Assembly: GCA_002269645.1 (NCBI GenBank)
Contig: NIVC01000815.1
Coordinates: 1 to 64,000 of the forward strand
Source: Macrostomum lignano
Taxonomy: Eukaryota
Direction: 5' to 3'
Length of the DNA: 64,000 nt
Made by a program: the position numbers and the translations under genes. Shown here piece after piece: positions 21,560-34,237 of this stretch (its first letter is position 1; each line of letters opens with the position of its first letter). The notes below the pieces were generated by a model. The model was given only the letters and a program-made list of their open reading frames with translations, had not been told where the DNA came from and did not search any database.

Positions 21560-22319
21560 AAGGGCTTGCATGTTAAACGCATTTACATCTGCGACCTTCT
21601 CGATGTATAAGAATTTGCCTCTGACGGGTCAACAATTCAAGAGCTCTGGGATCGTCATGGATTACATCAGACAGCACGTCCTAAAACAAGTTAACATCAT
21701 CGTGGAGAGAAACCGATTTTAGAAACGTCAAAAAAACAATGGAGGAAATTTCAGCTACAATTTCAATTTTAAGAGTAATGGGTTGACTAAAGAGTAGTTT
21801 GATGACTTGGCTGGGCTAATTGTTGTTAGTGTTGTTTGCATGTACTTTATTCAGTGTTTTGGAGGTGGCGTTTTTACCCTGTTCAGTACGTGCGCCCTTC
21901 TACAATATTTCGATGTACGTTCTTATGTACGCTTTTCATTCTGACCGCTCTTGTACAATACGATGGACGCATTCCCTCCAGCATGCTGTATGGACACCCG
22001 ACAAGGGATCCCCCCTGCTCATTGACGAAGCTTTAACCCCGAGTGGTACAGCAAAATTCAACAGATGGAGCAGACTGCATCTGAAACCCACAAGACAGTG
22101 ATGCAGCAGTACAACAAGTCCAAGAAAAGTCTGGACCGAATCAAAATTGGCTCGACTGTGGTTCTACAAGACCCGACAACCAAGCTGTGGCAACGGAGGG
22201 GCGTGGTGGTGGAGGTAGGCAAACACCGCGACTACATATACCTGATCAAGCTAACTAGTGGCCGAATACTACGGAGAACTCGTATCTGCATCCGGCCGGC
22301 ACTAATGGAACGCCGATGA
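21560..22319 (+). mobile_element. Degenerate Gypsy/Ty3 LTR-retrotransposon integrase fragment
   Basis: FASDG..QQFKSSG-like core remnant, PSSMLYGHPTR, and C-terminal YNKSKKSLDRIKIGSTVVLQDPTTKLWQRRGVVVEVG..GRILRRTR typical of Gypsy integrases. Reading frame broken. Confidence 0.7.
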
Positions 22320-22665
22320 TCTGCACCAGGCGACTAGCAAGCTGGTGGATCGAGAATGTACCAAGACGGACAATGACGGAGACTTGAGGATCAAAGGCCA
22401 CAGGAGAGACCTCGCGTTAGTGCCAGAACCTCGCGTTAAAGACCTTCGCGTAAAAAATATCCCACCAGTTCGGTTTCAGTGCAGCCGACTGGGGCAGCCG
22501 AAAGTTCTGTTCGTCGAGTAAATAAGGAACAATGACTTTAAAGGGCAGATGGTATAGATGATGAGATACCGTATTTATATCTATGGCCCTGACCCAAAGC
22601 CTACGTGCTTGGCCCGCTATCAGAGCAGCCCAAGATGCAATAGGTATAACACTGTACACAATTAC

Positions 22666-25600
22666 CTTGGCCAGGTGTTTAGAGATGAGCCGCCAGCGCG
22701 GTAGCAGCAGGTGGCGCTGCAAGGCGAAGGCCAGAATGACCAGTGGGAAGGCGAGGGCTGCGTAGGCCAGCTGCAGAAACTGGGCCAGGCAGTTCAGCGT
22801 GAGCAGCATCAGCACGTGGGCCAGCTGCAGAGCCGTGAACGCCAGCAGCACAGCGCTCGGCACGTCCAAGTAGGGCTTCGGCTGGCGATTCTTCTTCAGT
22901 TTCAGCAGGTTGAACAGCCGGTCGGCCAGCTGCAGGTCGGCCAGGGCGGCCAGGCCCATGCAGAGGAACATGCCGTCCATGGCGGCCAGCGGGATGAGGC
23001 GCAGCAGCCGGGCCGCCAGCACCGAGGCCACCAGCAGGGCCCCCACGGCCAGGCCGCTGACCCGCTGCTCGGCCACGCCAAGGACGCGCCTCGGACAGCC
23101 GGGAATCGGGTTAGCCGGATCCGCCAGCGTCAGCACCCGGACGTGCGTGTGCGATCGGATGGTGGCCCCTGTCAGCAGCGGCCAGCCCAGCAGGCCGTGC
23201 AGCGGCGGCGCCAGCGACGCGATGAGAGCCAGGCTGAGGTGACGGCCAGCCGGCTTGGCCAGGCGCTGCTCCAGGCCGCTGTCGCACAGGCCGGTCTCGG
23301 TGAACAGCACCACGGCGGTGCAGCAGCCGATCAGCAGGGCGATGAGGTGGCCGAAGGCGCCAACGGTGGCCAGGTCGGCTGCGCTGGGCAGGCGTGGCGA
23401 CAGGCCCGACAGCAGCTGGGTGAGATTGCCGCTGAGCTGCGGGAGTGCCATGCCGGTGCCTTTCTTTAGGTTTGATCAGTTCGGCAAAACTGAGGGCGAT
23501 CTCGGAAATTGGAATGGCGATTTACGCGGGATTTCATTTGTGCTGGAATGAGTTAGCTGAGAAAGGGAAAATTCCCCTGCATGGTGGTTAGTCATCCATT
23601 CTCCCTTCTCTCCTTTCATCTCACTCTTCTCCTTTCCTTTCCTCTCCTCTCCTCTGCTCTCCTCTCCTCTCCTCTCCTCTCCTCTCCTCTCCTCTCCTCT
23701 CCTCTCTCCTCTCATTTACTCTCCTCTCCTCTCCTCTCCTCTCCTCTCCTCTCCTCTCCTCTCCTCTCTCCTCTCGTCTACTCTCCTCTCCTCTCTTCTC
23801 TCCTCTCCTCTCTCCTCTCCTTTCTTTCCTCTCTTCTCTTCTCCTCTCTCCTCTCCTCTCCTCTTCTCTCTTCTCTCCTCTCCTCTCTTCTCTCCTCTCC
23901 TCTCTTCTCTTCTCCTCTCCTCTCCTCTCCTCTCCTTTCTTCTCTCTCCCCTCTCCTCTCCTCTTACCCATAATTTGGAAATCCCATGTGAGTGAAATAG
24001 TCCCAATTAACCTCTCAGCGCTAAAGCTAAATACCCCGCACAATGGAGCATCTCAATAAAACACCCCCATACCTGCAGCGTGGCCAGTTCGTGATGCCGC
24101 ATTGCAGTATTCGACAGCAGGGTGACCGCTGCGATGGCCAGCGGCACGTTCAATCCGGCTATGAGGTCCCGGGTTCGACGCCCTAAATAATTGCCCCGTT
24201 TAAAGCGCATAATTCGCAGCGCCAGCAGCGCTGTGGCCAGCGTCAGGAAGGCGGCGGCGGCGGAGGCGGCGCAGGACTCGCCGGCCAGCTGGGCGAACAT
24301 GCGCACAGTCGGGCGCAGCAGGAAGAAGATGGCCACGAACAGGTTGAAGATTTCCTCGGTGGCGCGGGTGATTCTGCCTGCCAGGCCGGCTCCGTTCAGC
24401 AGCAGGATGGCCAGGCCGCACAGGCCCGTGTAGGCGCAGCAGACTGGGCGGAAGGCCCGCCAGGGCAGGCCTAGTGAGGCCGACAGCGAGCTGATGGCCT
24501 GGGTTTGGAGGAATTGGGAGGGTTGATTGACATTGCTGACTATAGAGTGACATTGATACCGATAGAGTGACATTGATACCAATAGAGTGACATTGATACC
24601 GATAGAGTGACATTGATACCGATAGAGTGACATTGATACCAATAGAGTGACATTGATACCGATAGAGTGACATTGATACCGATAGAGTGACATTGATACC
24701 GATAGAGTGACATTGATACCGATAGAGTGACATTGATGTCGATAGAGTGACGATGATACCAATAGAGTGACAATGATACCAATAGAGTGACACTGATGTC
24801 GATAGAGTGACATCGATGTCGATAGAGTGACATCGATGTCGATAGAGTGACATTGATACAAATAGAGTGACATTGATACCAATAGAGTGACATTGATACC
24901 AATAGAGTGACATTGATACCGATAGAGTGACATTGATGTAGATAGAGTGACAATGATACCAATAGAGTGACAATGATACCAATAGAGTGACACTGATGTC
25001 GATAGAGTGACATCGATGTCGATAGAGTGACATCGATGTCGATAGAGTGACATTGATACCAATAGAGTGACATTGATACCAATAGAGTGACATTGATACC
25101 AATAGAGTGACATTGATACCGATAGAGTGACATTGATGTAGATAGAGTGACATTGATACCGATAGAGTGACATTGATGTCGATAGAGTGACACTGATGTC
25201 GATAGAGTGACATCGATGTCGATAGAGTGACATTGATACCGATAGAGTGACATTGATACCAATAGAGTGACATTGATACCGATAGAGTGACATTGATACC
25301 GATAGAGTGACATTGATACCGATGGAGTGACATTGATACCGATAGAGTGACATTGATACCGATAGAGTGACATTGATACCGATAGAGTGACATTGATACC
25401 GATAGAGTGACATTGATACCGATAGAGTGACATTGATGTCGATAGAGTGACATCGATGTCGATAGAGTGACATCGATGTCGATAGAGTGACATCGATGTC
25501 GATAGAGTGACATTGATACCAATAGAGTGACATTGATACCGATAGAGTGACATTGATGAAAATAGAGTGACGCTGCAAGGAATATTGGACTGAAATTCTA

Positions 25601-28600
25601 AAGAAATACTGCTGGAGGCATCTGAATTAGAAAATTGTAAGACATGAGAACTACCTGCTCCATGATGAAGATCGGGCCAGTCACGCCCACCAGCATCATG
25701 GGCTGGCCGCCGGCGGCAGCAAAGGCCAGCTGTCCGAGGCCGCTGGCCACCAGAGTCCGGCCGACGGTCAGCTCGCCCGCAGTCTCGTTGTGCAGCATAG
25801 CGCCGAACGACACGGCCGGGGCCAGGCATGTGAAAAACACGAACAGCAGGCCGGTTGCTATTGGCAACGCGTGACGCCTGGCGTCGGCCAGGTCGCCCGG
25901 GTAGCGGCGCCGCAGGTTGCTCAAGTCGCTGAGCAGTCCAGACGCGGCCAGCCAGACCGGGCAGCGCCGATTACCCGGCGAAGCCGTCGCTGCTGCCGCA
26001 ACCGGCGCCGCCAGCCCGACGTCGGCCGACGAAAATCCAACATCGTCGATTCCATCGACATCGGCATCGCGATGCTCACTGCCGCTGTCGTCCTCAACCT
26101 CGGCGGCGGCTGCGGCCTCCTCGAACCGGACGAGCTCCTCGATGGTGTCCATAGTCCAGGCGGCTGGGGAGGGCAGCACCACGGTGCCGTCCAGGCTGCT
26201 GTGCAGGGCGGCGACGAGGTCCCACCGGCAGCTGGCCGAGTAGAGGCGGGCGCGGAACACCGGGTCCATCGCCAGGCAGGCAAACACGCGGCCAAGCTCG
26301 AAGGCCAGCACCGGGTCCGCGTCCGCCGGGGCCGGCGGCGGCGCCATGCAGAGCAGCACGAATCGGACGCCGCGGCAGCAATCCGACAGGTCGGCGCAGG
26401 CCAGCGGCCGAGCCAGCCGGCAGAGGAGCAGGCGCGGCCTCACCAGGCCCGGGTGGTGCCCGACCAGCACCAGGGCCACTTCGGCGGCGTCGGGCAGATA
26501 GAAATCGATCCGGTTGTGCTTGCTGCTGCGGAGACAGGCGCCCGCCGGCTGGGCGCGGGGCTGGGAATTCAGATTGTTGGGAATTGGGATTTGAGGGGCT
26601 GGGATTTGAATCTGAGGAATTGGGATTTGAGGGGCTGGGATTTGAATCTGAGGAATTGGGAATCTGAGGGATTTGGATCTGGGGGATTTGGATCTGAGGG
26701 ATTGGAATCTGAGGAATTGGGATCTGAGGGATTGGGATCTGAAGGATTGGCATCCGAGGGATTGGAATCTGAGGAATGGGGATCTGGGGGATTGGGATCT
26801 GAGCGTTTGGGATCTAAGGGGTTGGAATCTAAGGGATTGGGAGCTGAGGGGTTAGGATCTGAGGGATTGGGAGTTGAGGGATTGGGATCTGAGGGATTGG
26901 AACTCAAGCAATTGGGATCTGAGGGATTGGGATCTGAGCGATTAGAATCAATTACACTAGCACACATAGCTACTAAATGAATTGGGTGACCGCACCCGTC
27001 TCTTGTAGCCGAACACCAGCTCCCGGTCGCCTACGTGATGTACCCCGCACTTCAACGCCTCGGCGATCACTGCCGAGTCCGCCTCGCCGCTGTCGTCTTC
27101 CTCGCTGGCCAGCCACTCGGTGGCCGCGTCGACAAACTCATTGAAGGTGTCGACACCGCCGGCGTCCAGGCGGATGATGCCGAGCTCCAGCTGCCGGCGG
27201 AAATGGATGATGGAGTGGAAGGAGAGGGCGGACACGTGCGGCCTCGACCAGCGCTCGCCGCAGGCTTCCGAGCACTGCTCGTACCGGATCCACCTGGTCG
27301 TCTCCTCCCAGATCCGGACGCAGCTGCGGTACTCAAACAGCTCGACGAATGCCTGTGGGAGCCCGGGGAATTGGGATTTGAAGTAGCATCTAGCATAAAG
27401 TGACTCCTCACTTTACTGACTACTACTAGTAGACCATCGTTTCAATGACTTGTAACCAAATTAAACGATCTTCATGACTCATCACTTCAATGATCCCTTT
27501 GACTCATAGCCGCAGATGACTCATCACTTCAATGACCCATGACTCAACACTTAAATGATCCCTTTGACTCATAACTGCACTGACCTCCATGGCTCATACA
27601 TATAACTTCACCCTAATGATCCTAATGACTGCTCACTCCAATGACTTCAACAACATGCTGTGACTCATTACCTCGGCGACTCCGTTTTCCTCGTCTCCAC
27701 GGCGACAGCATCCGCCGTGTTCACCACCAGGCCGCTGAACATCTCGACGACAATCCAGTTTCTCGGCCTCCGTGAGCTCCGCCGCTGCCGCAGCCGTCTC
27801 GGCAGTCATGTCGGGCCGCTGTGAGCAGTTGTTCTTGTCGGTCAGGCAGATCGGCCTTCTTCTTTGTTTGTTCGGCCTGCTTTTTGCTGCTTCCGTTGGA
27901 TGGCCTCTCGATACCGAAATCGCGGATGACGGCGCTTAAAGCTGGCGGTGATTCCAAATATGGGACAGAAATGAGAGGCGGTTAAAAGTGCTCCGCATTT
28001 GAAAGCTCCACTACCAGCTCCCCATAAAGTTACCCCAACAGCTCCCCATAAAGTTACCCCAACAGCTCCCCATAAAGTTACCCCAACAGCTCCCCATAAA
28101 GTTACCCCAACGGCTCCCCATAAAGTTACCCCAACGGCTCCCCTTAAAGCTACCCCAACAGCTCCCCATAAAGTTACCCCAACAGCTCCCCATAAAGTTA
28201 CCCCAACGGCTCCCCTTAAAGCTACCCCAACAGCTCCCCTTAAAGTTACCCCAACAGCTCCCCTTAAAGCTACCCCAACAGCTCCCCTAAAAGTTACCCC
28301 AACGGCTCCCCATAAAGTTACCCCAACGGCTCCCCATAAAGCTACCCCAACGGCTCCCCATAAAGCTACCCCAACGGCTCCCCTTAAAGCTACCCCAACG
28401 GCTCCCCTTTAAGCTACCCCAGCAACTCCCCTTTAAGCTACCCCAGCAACTCCCCTTTAAGCTACCCCAGCAACTCCCCTTTAAGCTACCCCAGCAACTC
28501 CCCTTTAAGCTACCCCAGCAACTCCCCTTTAAGCTACCCCAGCAACTCCCCTTTAAGCTACCCCAGCAACTCCCCTTTAAGCTACCCCAGCAACTCCCCT

Positions 28601-31600
28601 TTAAGCTACCCCAGCAACTCCCCTTTAAGCTACCCCAACGGCTCCCCTTAGGGGCCGGCAAAAATTTTTACCTCAAGGGACTGATAGAGAACCTGACTAC
28701 ATGAATGCAGGCCAGAGGAGGGGAGAGAAGAGAGGAAAGAAGACAGAAGAGAGAAAGGAGAAAGGAGAAAGAAGAGGTGAGGAAATTAAGGAAATGAGAA
28801 GAGACGAGGAGAGGGGAGATGAAATAGGAGAGGAGAGAGGAGAGAAGAGAAAAGCGAGGAGGAGAAGGGAGCTGAGAAGAGACTTAAACATTGAGCGGGC
28901 CGGATTGCTATTGTGGAGTTTCAAAGGACCCGAGGGCCGGATAGAGAGGCTTTGCGGGCCGCATGTGGCCTGGGGCCCGAGGCATAGAATTCTATATAAT
29001 TATTATCTAGAATTCTATAGCCGAAGTTTGCCTACCCCTACCTAAAAGCTACCCCAACAGCTCCCCTAACACTGCCCTGTAACTAACCGACTGTTCTAGT
29101 CCATATCAATTTTTCTAACTCACAGGCAGTCAAACGTCTGTTGATGCAGACTTCAGCCGCAGGCGAAGCAGCAGGAGTAGCTCGGTTATCGTCCTTAGTT
29201 GCTGTCTCCAAATCCAGCGGTTCAGTGGGCGCAGCTCTGCGATATTAATTAGACAGAAGAGATTAGAACTGGCTACATGCACTCGCTCAAGTAAACACAA
29301 TAAGCAGCATACACCAATCCAAAGTGTACAGACAGCAGCGTTGGAGTTCATATGAAATTCCTGTGCCTTACATGTACCGGTATATTAATAGAAAATGGAT
29401 AACTATAGATACATGTATATACTTAGTATGAAGTAAATATGTGCTGACAATGTAGCTGCTCTAGTTTGTTCTAGGCAAATTCCAAACCCCAATGCATCAG
29501 GGCATCAACAAATTGATCATGCACTCTCCAGATGGTACTGTTCACAGTTGCCATTGCTCTTAATCGATGCTTTCCACTCTAAGTGGTTTTAATCTAGCTC
29601 GTTTAATAAATACTGCTTGCCGAGCCCTGCCACCTCAATTAGCTGGGACCCACCCCAATTGACTGAGCCCCAACACCCCATTTGACTGAGCCCCAACACC
29701 CTAATTGACTGAGCCTCAACACCCTAATTGACTGAGCCTCAACACCCCAATTGACTGAGCCTCAACACCCCATTTGACTGAGCCCCAACACCCTAATTGA
29801 CTGAGCCCCAACACCCCATTTGACTGAGCCCCAACACCCTAATTGACTGAGCCCCAACACCCCATTTGACTGAGCCCCAACACCCCAATTGACTGAGCCT
29901 CAACACCCCAATTGACTGAGCCTCAACACCCCATTTGACTGAGCCCCAACACCCTAATTGACTGAGCCCCAACACCCCATTTGACTGAGCCCCAACACCC
30001 TAATTGACTGAGCCCCAACACCCCAATTGACTGAGCCCCAACACCCCAATTGACTGAGCCCCAACACCCCAATTGACTGGCAAATGTGCATACAATGCCC
30101 CATAATCTTTAACAAAATGGCAATTTCTACTAAGATTTTAATTCCTATTGTTGCATAGAAATATTTTGTTACAGAATATAAATTTTTAGTACAAATTTAT
30201 TTAGACTTAGAGTCATCTAGAGTTAGTAGTAGAATACTAAAAAAGGTCTTAATTTGTTAGTATATTTATGTTAAACTATAAGAGCAATGAGTAAATTTTC
30301 TTTAAAAAGTAATTTGATTTTTATAACTAAAAAAGTTGTGGATACTGGACAGTGTAAACCCAGTCTGCTACTTTATCAAATCAAAAATATCGATTGCGTA
30401 TTTGCAGACCAATATTCTTTCTTAGGTGTAAACAAACAAAGGTTTGTTGGTAAAATTAAAAAAACAGGTTATATTCAAAAAAAAATTAATCTTTATCAGT
30501 GTAATCTGTTGTTGCTGTAATCTGTCACGTGTAGTTCAACTCGGACCCACTGCACCTTTTCTTCGAAATCACGGATTACAAAAATGTGCAAAGACGAAAG
30601 TAAGTTACGAACTATCAAAATCATGCAACTCGGAAAATTATTCTACATTGAAGTACTCTAGAGAATCATAAAAATTGGATACGTATCAAGGACATTCCTG
30701 CAACCAAAAAAGGTACGTATCGGAGACGTCCAACTTTCTATTGGATACGTAATTTTGCTGCTCAGGATTGAGACTTGCAACGATACTTAGAAAACTGGCG
30801 CGGATCCAGAAAATTTTTGAGGGGGGGGGGCAAGCTTTACCAATCACTATCAACCCAATATTGGAAAATACACCTGGCATAGTTGCAGGCCAAAAAAGTA
30901 TGGCCAAATTTTTTATGGCCAAGCTATCTGAGTGTTCGATCATCTCAACGACCAAACTTATAGCTTGTCAGTTCAAAAAACACAGGAAAAACAAGCTTTA
31001 TTCTGAAGTTAGGGAAATTTTATTAATTCTGTACAGATAAACTTCTGCAAGCCTCTGGCTCCGATGCGAAAGCGATTCGATTGAACATTGAAAGAAATTT
31101 TCTCAGTCTGTGGCGTGTCTGTCGAGGGAGTCACTGACTTGAGTGTCAGGGGGAGTCACTGATTTGGGTGTCAGGGGGAGTCACTGATTTGGGTGTCAGA
31201 GGGAGTCACTGATTTGGGTGTCAGGGGGAGTCACTGATTTGGGTGTCAGGGGGAGTCACTGATTTGGGTGTCAGGGGGAGTCACTGATTTGGGTGTCAGG
31301 GGGAGTCACTGATTTGGGTGTCAGGGGAGTCACTGAGTTGGGTGTCAGGGGGAGTCACTGATTTGGGTGTCAGAGGGAGTCACTGATTTGGGCGTCAGGG
31401 GGGGGAGTCACTGAGTTGGGTGTCAGGGGGGAGTCACTGATTTGGGTGTCAGGGGGGAGTCACTGATTTGGGTGTCACGGGGGAGTCACTCAGTTGGGTG
31501 TCAGGGGGGAGTCACTGATTTGGGTGTCAGGGGGGAGTCACTGATTTGGGTGTCAGGGGGGGGAGTCACTGAGTTGGGTGTCAGGGGGGAGTCACTGATT

Positions 31601-34237
31601 TGGGTGTCAGGGGGGAGTCACTGAGTTGGGTGTCAGGGGGGAGTCACTGATTTGGGTGTCAGGGGGGAGTCACTGATTTGGGTGTCACGGGGGAGTCACT
31701 GATTTGGGTGCCACGGGGGAGTCACTGATTTGGGTGTCACGGGGAGTCACTGATTTGGGTGACAGGGGGGAGTCACTGATTTGGGTGTCACGGGGGAGTC
31801 ACTCAGTTGGGTGTCAGGGGGGAGTCACTGATTTGGGTGTCAGGGGGAGTCACTGAGTTGGGTGTCAGGGGGAGTCACTGATTTGGGTGTCAGGGGGGAG
31901 TCACTGAGTTGGGTGTCAGGGGGAGTCACTGATTTGGGTGTCAGGGGGGAGTCACTGAGTTGGGTGTCAGGGGGAGTCACTGATTTGGGTGTCAGGGGGA
32001 GTCACTGATTTGGGTGTCAGGGGGGAGTCACTGATTTGGGTGTCAGTCGCATCGAATATTCGTAAATGACTCATTAGTTAATCTCCGAGTCCAGGTCAAC
32101 AAATGCGCGGAAGCAAAGCTCCGATCTTCTGCCAGTCACCACCTGGTGAACTCGTCACCGTGCAGCAGCTCGTGGCTTCTTCTGTAGGTCAGCATCCTCT
32201 CCTCCATCGGCGCGGATCGACCGCCGCCTCCGCCATTAGAAACGACTGGTCTGCCCCCGCTGCCGCCGCCGCTGCCGCCGCCGCTGCCGCCTCCGCCAGC
32301 CAGCAGGCGACTCCGAGCGTAGCTGTCGAACAGGCTGGCCGGCACCAGGCGTGTCTCCGAGTCGCCGGCGCCGCCGACTTTCACCATCCGGGACACCAGC
32401 TGGAGCCAGCGGCGCCGGATCCGGTGTGCCCGGTAGGACCGCTGAATCTTCACGGCAGCGGCCTCCAGCTCGTGAGTTCGGCGGCGGCCGGCCTTCTGCG
32501 GTGGTCAGAGGGCGGGAGGGTGTCTTTATGGGGGTGTCTTTATGGGGGTGTCTTTTTGGGGGTGTCTTTTTGGGGGTGTCTTTATAGGGCTGTCTTTATG
32601 AGGTGTCTTTATGGGGGTGTCTTCATCGGGGTGTCTTTATGGGGGCGTCTTCATGGGGTGTCTTTATCGGGGGTGTCTGGGGGTGTCTTTATGGGGGTGT
32701 CTTTTTGGGGGTGTCTTTTTGGGGGTGTCTTTATGGGGATGTCTTTATGGGGCTGTCTTTATGGGGTGTCTTTATGGGGGTGTCTTCATCGGGGTGTCTT
32801 TATGGGGGTGTCTTTATGGGGTGTCTTTATGGGGGTGTCTTCATCGGGGTGTCTTTATGGGGGTGTCTTTATCGGGGGTGTCTGGGGGTGTCTTTATGGG
32901 GGTGTCTTTATGGGGGTGTCTTTATGGGGTGTCTTTATGGGGGTGTCTTTATGGGGGTGTCTTTATGGGGGTGTCTTTATGGGGGTGTCTTTATGGGGGT
33001 GTCTTTATGGGGGTGTCTATATGGGGGTGTCTTTATAGGGTGTCTTTATGGGGTGTCTTTTTGGGGGTGTCTTTATGGGGGTGTCTCTATGGGGGTGTCT
33101 CTTTGGGGGTGTCTTTTTGGTGGTGTCTTTATGGGGCTGTCTTTATGGGGTGTCTTTATGAGGGTGTCTTCATCGGGGTGTCTTTATGGGGGTGTCTTTA
33201 TCGGGGGTGTCTGGGGGTGTCTTTATGGGGGTGTCTTTATGGGGGTGTCTTTATGGGGGTGTCTTTATGGGGGTGTCTTTATGGGGTGTCTTTATGGGGG
33301 TGTCTTTATGGGGGTGTCTTTATGGGGGTGTCTATATGGGGGTGTCTTTATAGGGTGTCTTTATGGGGTGTCTTTTTGGGGGTGTCTTTATGGGGGTGTC
33401 TCTATGGGGGTGTCTCTTTGGGGGTGTCTTTTTGGGGGTGTCTTTATAGGGCTGTCTTTATGGGGTGTCTTTATGGGGTGTCTTCATCGGGGTGTCTTTA
33501 TGGGGGCGTCTTCATGGGGGTGTCTTTATCGGGGGTGTCTGGGGGTGTCTTTATGGGGGTGTCTTTATGGGGGTGTCTTTATGGGAGTGTCTTTTTTGTT
33601 ATGTCCTGATGGGGTTTCTTTATTTGGGTATTTCTATGAAAAAAAGTCGCTTGGCTGGAGGGCACTCTGGCGCAACGCCTTCGGCGGCATCGTCCCACAA
33701 CCAGCGCTGACGGCGGTTCTGCCCGTTCCGCTGACCCCTGAGCACACTGCACAAGCGCGCAAATACTGTACGCAGGCACAGCACTCACACACGCTCACAC
33801 AGGGTGTACAGCAGCCCTGACTTTCTAAGCGTCAGGCACGTACTCTCTCTGTGCCTTGGGGGTTGCTCGTGGCTGTAAATCGCACGACAACCCCTCCCCC
33901 AGCCAATTTTCGAGCCGGGGGTTGCGGCGCCTGCGACAGTCAGCCGCGTTCACCGCTTTATGCAGAGGCATCGAGAGAAGTCCCTCACCCTCAGGTCGTT
34001 GCCAACCAGGTAGGCCCGCACGGTGCCAGTTTCAACCGCGGCCGCGGAGGCAGTGGGCGCCGTCTCCTGGTAGATCTCCTGCAGCCGGTCCTCGCTGTTG
34101 ACCGTGTCGGCCACCTGCAGCTTGAAGCCGTCCAGATACTCCGCGTACTCGCGCAGCCCGGCAGCCTCCGACTCGCACATGCCGGCCAGGCGGTCCCGGT
34201 CGAACTGACCAGTTCGACCAGTTCGACCAGTTGCCAT
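22666..34237 (-). CDS. SLC4 family bicarbonate transporter / band-3-like anion exchanger with N-terminal IQ motif; terminal exon unresolved
   Basis: Phase-consistent exons: 34237-33989, 32495-32143 (or 32140), 27941-27672 (needs +1 base at T-run 27881-27885), 27352-26996, 26560-25655, 24498-24073, 23463-22666. Band-3 cytoplasmic motifs FVELFEY..WEETTRWIRYE..ERWSRPHVSALSFHS and AEVALVLVG. TM motifs FTCLAPAVSFG, GGQPMMLVGVTGP, TRATEEIF, LFTETG, GATIRSHTH, GMFLCMG. Confidence 0.88.
23600..23965. repeat. (CTCTC/CTCCT)n polypyrimidine microsatellite in SLC4 intron
   Basis: Visible pentamer run. Confidence 0.95.
24541..25571. repeat. 20-bp minisatellite (GATAGAGTGACATTGATACC), about 50 copies, SLC4 intron
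   Basis: Regular 20-nt period with variants gtc/acc. Confidence 0.97.
26570..26945. repeat. Degenerate ~15-bp minisatellite (GGGATTGGGATCTGA-like), SLC4 intron, abutting the acceptor
   Basis: Recurrent ggatctgagggatt units. Confidence 0.9.
28015..28648. repeat. ~21-bp minisatellite (AGCTCCCCATAAAGTTACCCCAAC-like, two sub-variants), SLC4 intron 2
   Basis: 7-aa periodic ORFs (HKVTPTA / WGSLKGS). The unit resumes at 29041-29068. Confidence 0.95.
28649..29040. mobile_element. Putative hAT-type MITE inserted in the minisatellite
   Basis: Imperfect TIRs TAGGGGCCGGCAAA and the reverse complement of TTTGCCTACCCCTA, internal GCGGGCCGCATGTGGCC motif resembling hAT/Charlie derivatives. No clean 8-bp TSD found. 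Confidence 0.5.
29652..30078. repeat. 23-bp minisatellite (GACTGAGCCCCAACACCCCAATT)
   Basis: Period 23 nt (29661 to 29684). Confidence 0.95.
31124..32046. repeat. ~25-bp minisatellite (GGGAGTCACTGATTTGGGTGTCAGG), variable G-run
   Basis: Period 24-27 nt. Confidence 0.95.
32518..33595. repeat. ~14-bp minisatellite (GTCTTTATGGGGGT), SLC4 intron 1
   Basis: Regular G-rich repeat starting about 20 nt from the exon 2 acceptor. Confidence 0.95.
33657..33965 (-). mobile_element. Dispersed ~300-bp repeat, putative tRNA-derived SINE, copy 1
   Basis: Shares gcgcaaatactgtacgcaggcacagcactcacac..cagggtgtacagcagccctgac..gtcaggca with 49683-49975 and 60725-60925. Confidence 0.6.

Noticed and set aside
24007-25829. 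Long ORFs of 429-523 aa (24007-25578, 24200-25522, 24540-25829)
   Set aside because: Translations of a stop-free 20-bp intronic minisatellite. Only 24498-24073 is a real SLC4 exon.
30500-31100. Possible DNA-transposon remnant (recurrent TACGTA words, G-run) in SLC4 intron 2
   Set aside because: No TIRs, second copy or coding remnant could be identified.
29652-32046. 23-bp and 25-bp arrays in SLC4 intron 2 as an inverted pair
   Set aside because: Only loose similarity (about two-thirds with gaps) in low-complexity C-rich units, too weak to claim pairing or common origin.
32603-33820. Gly/Val/Cys/Tyr-rich ORFs resembling keratin-associated or eggshell proteins
   Set aside because: They derive from the 14-bp intronic repeat, are open in several frames, and lie antisense within SLC4 intron 1.
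33810-33845. Hammerhead-like words (CTGAC..GAAA GTC) in the dispersed repeat
   Set aside because: CUGANGA core not matched and no room for stems II/III.
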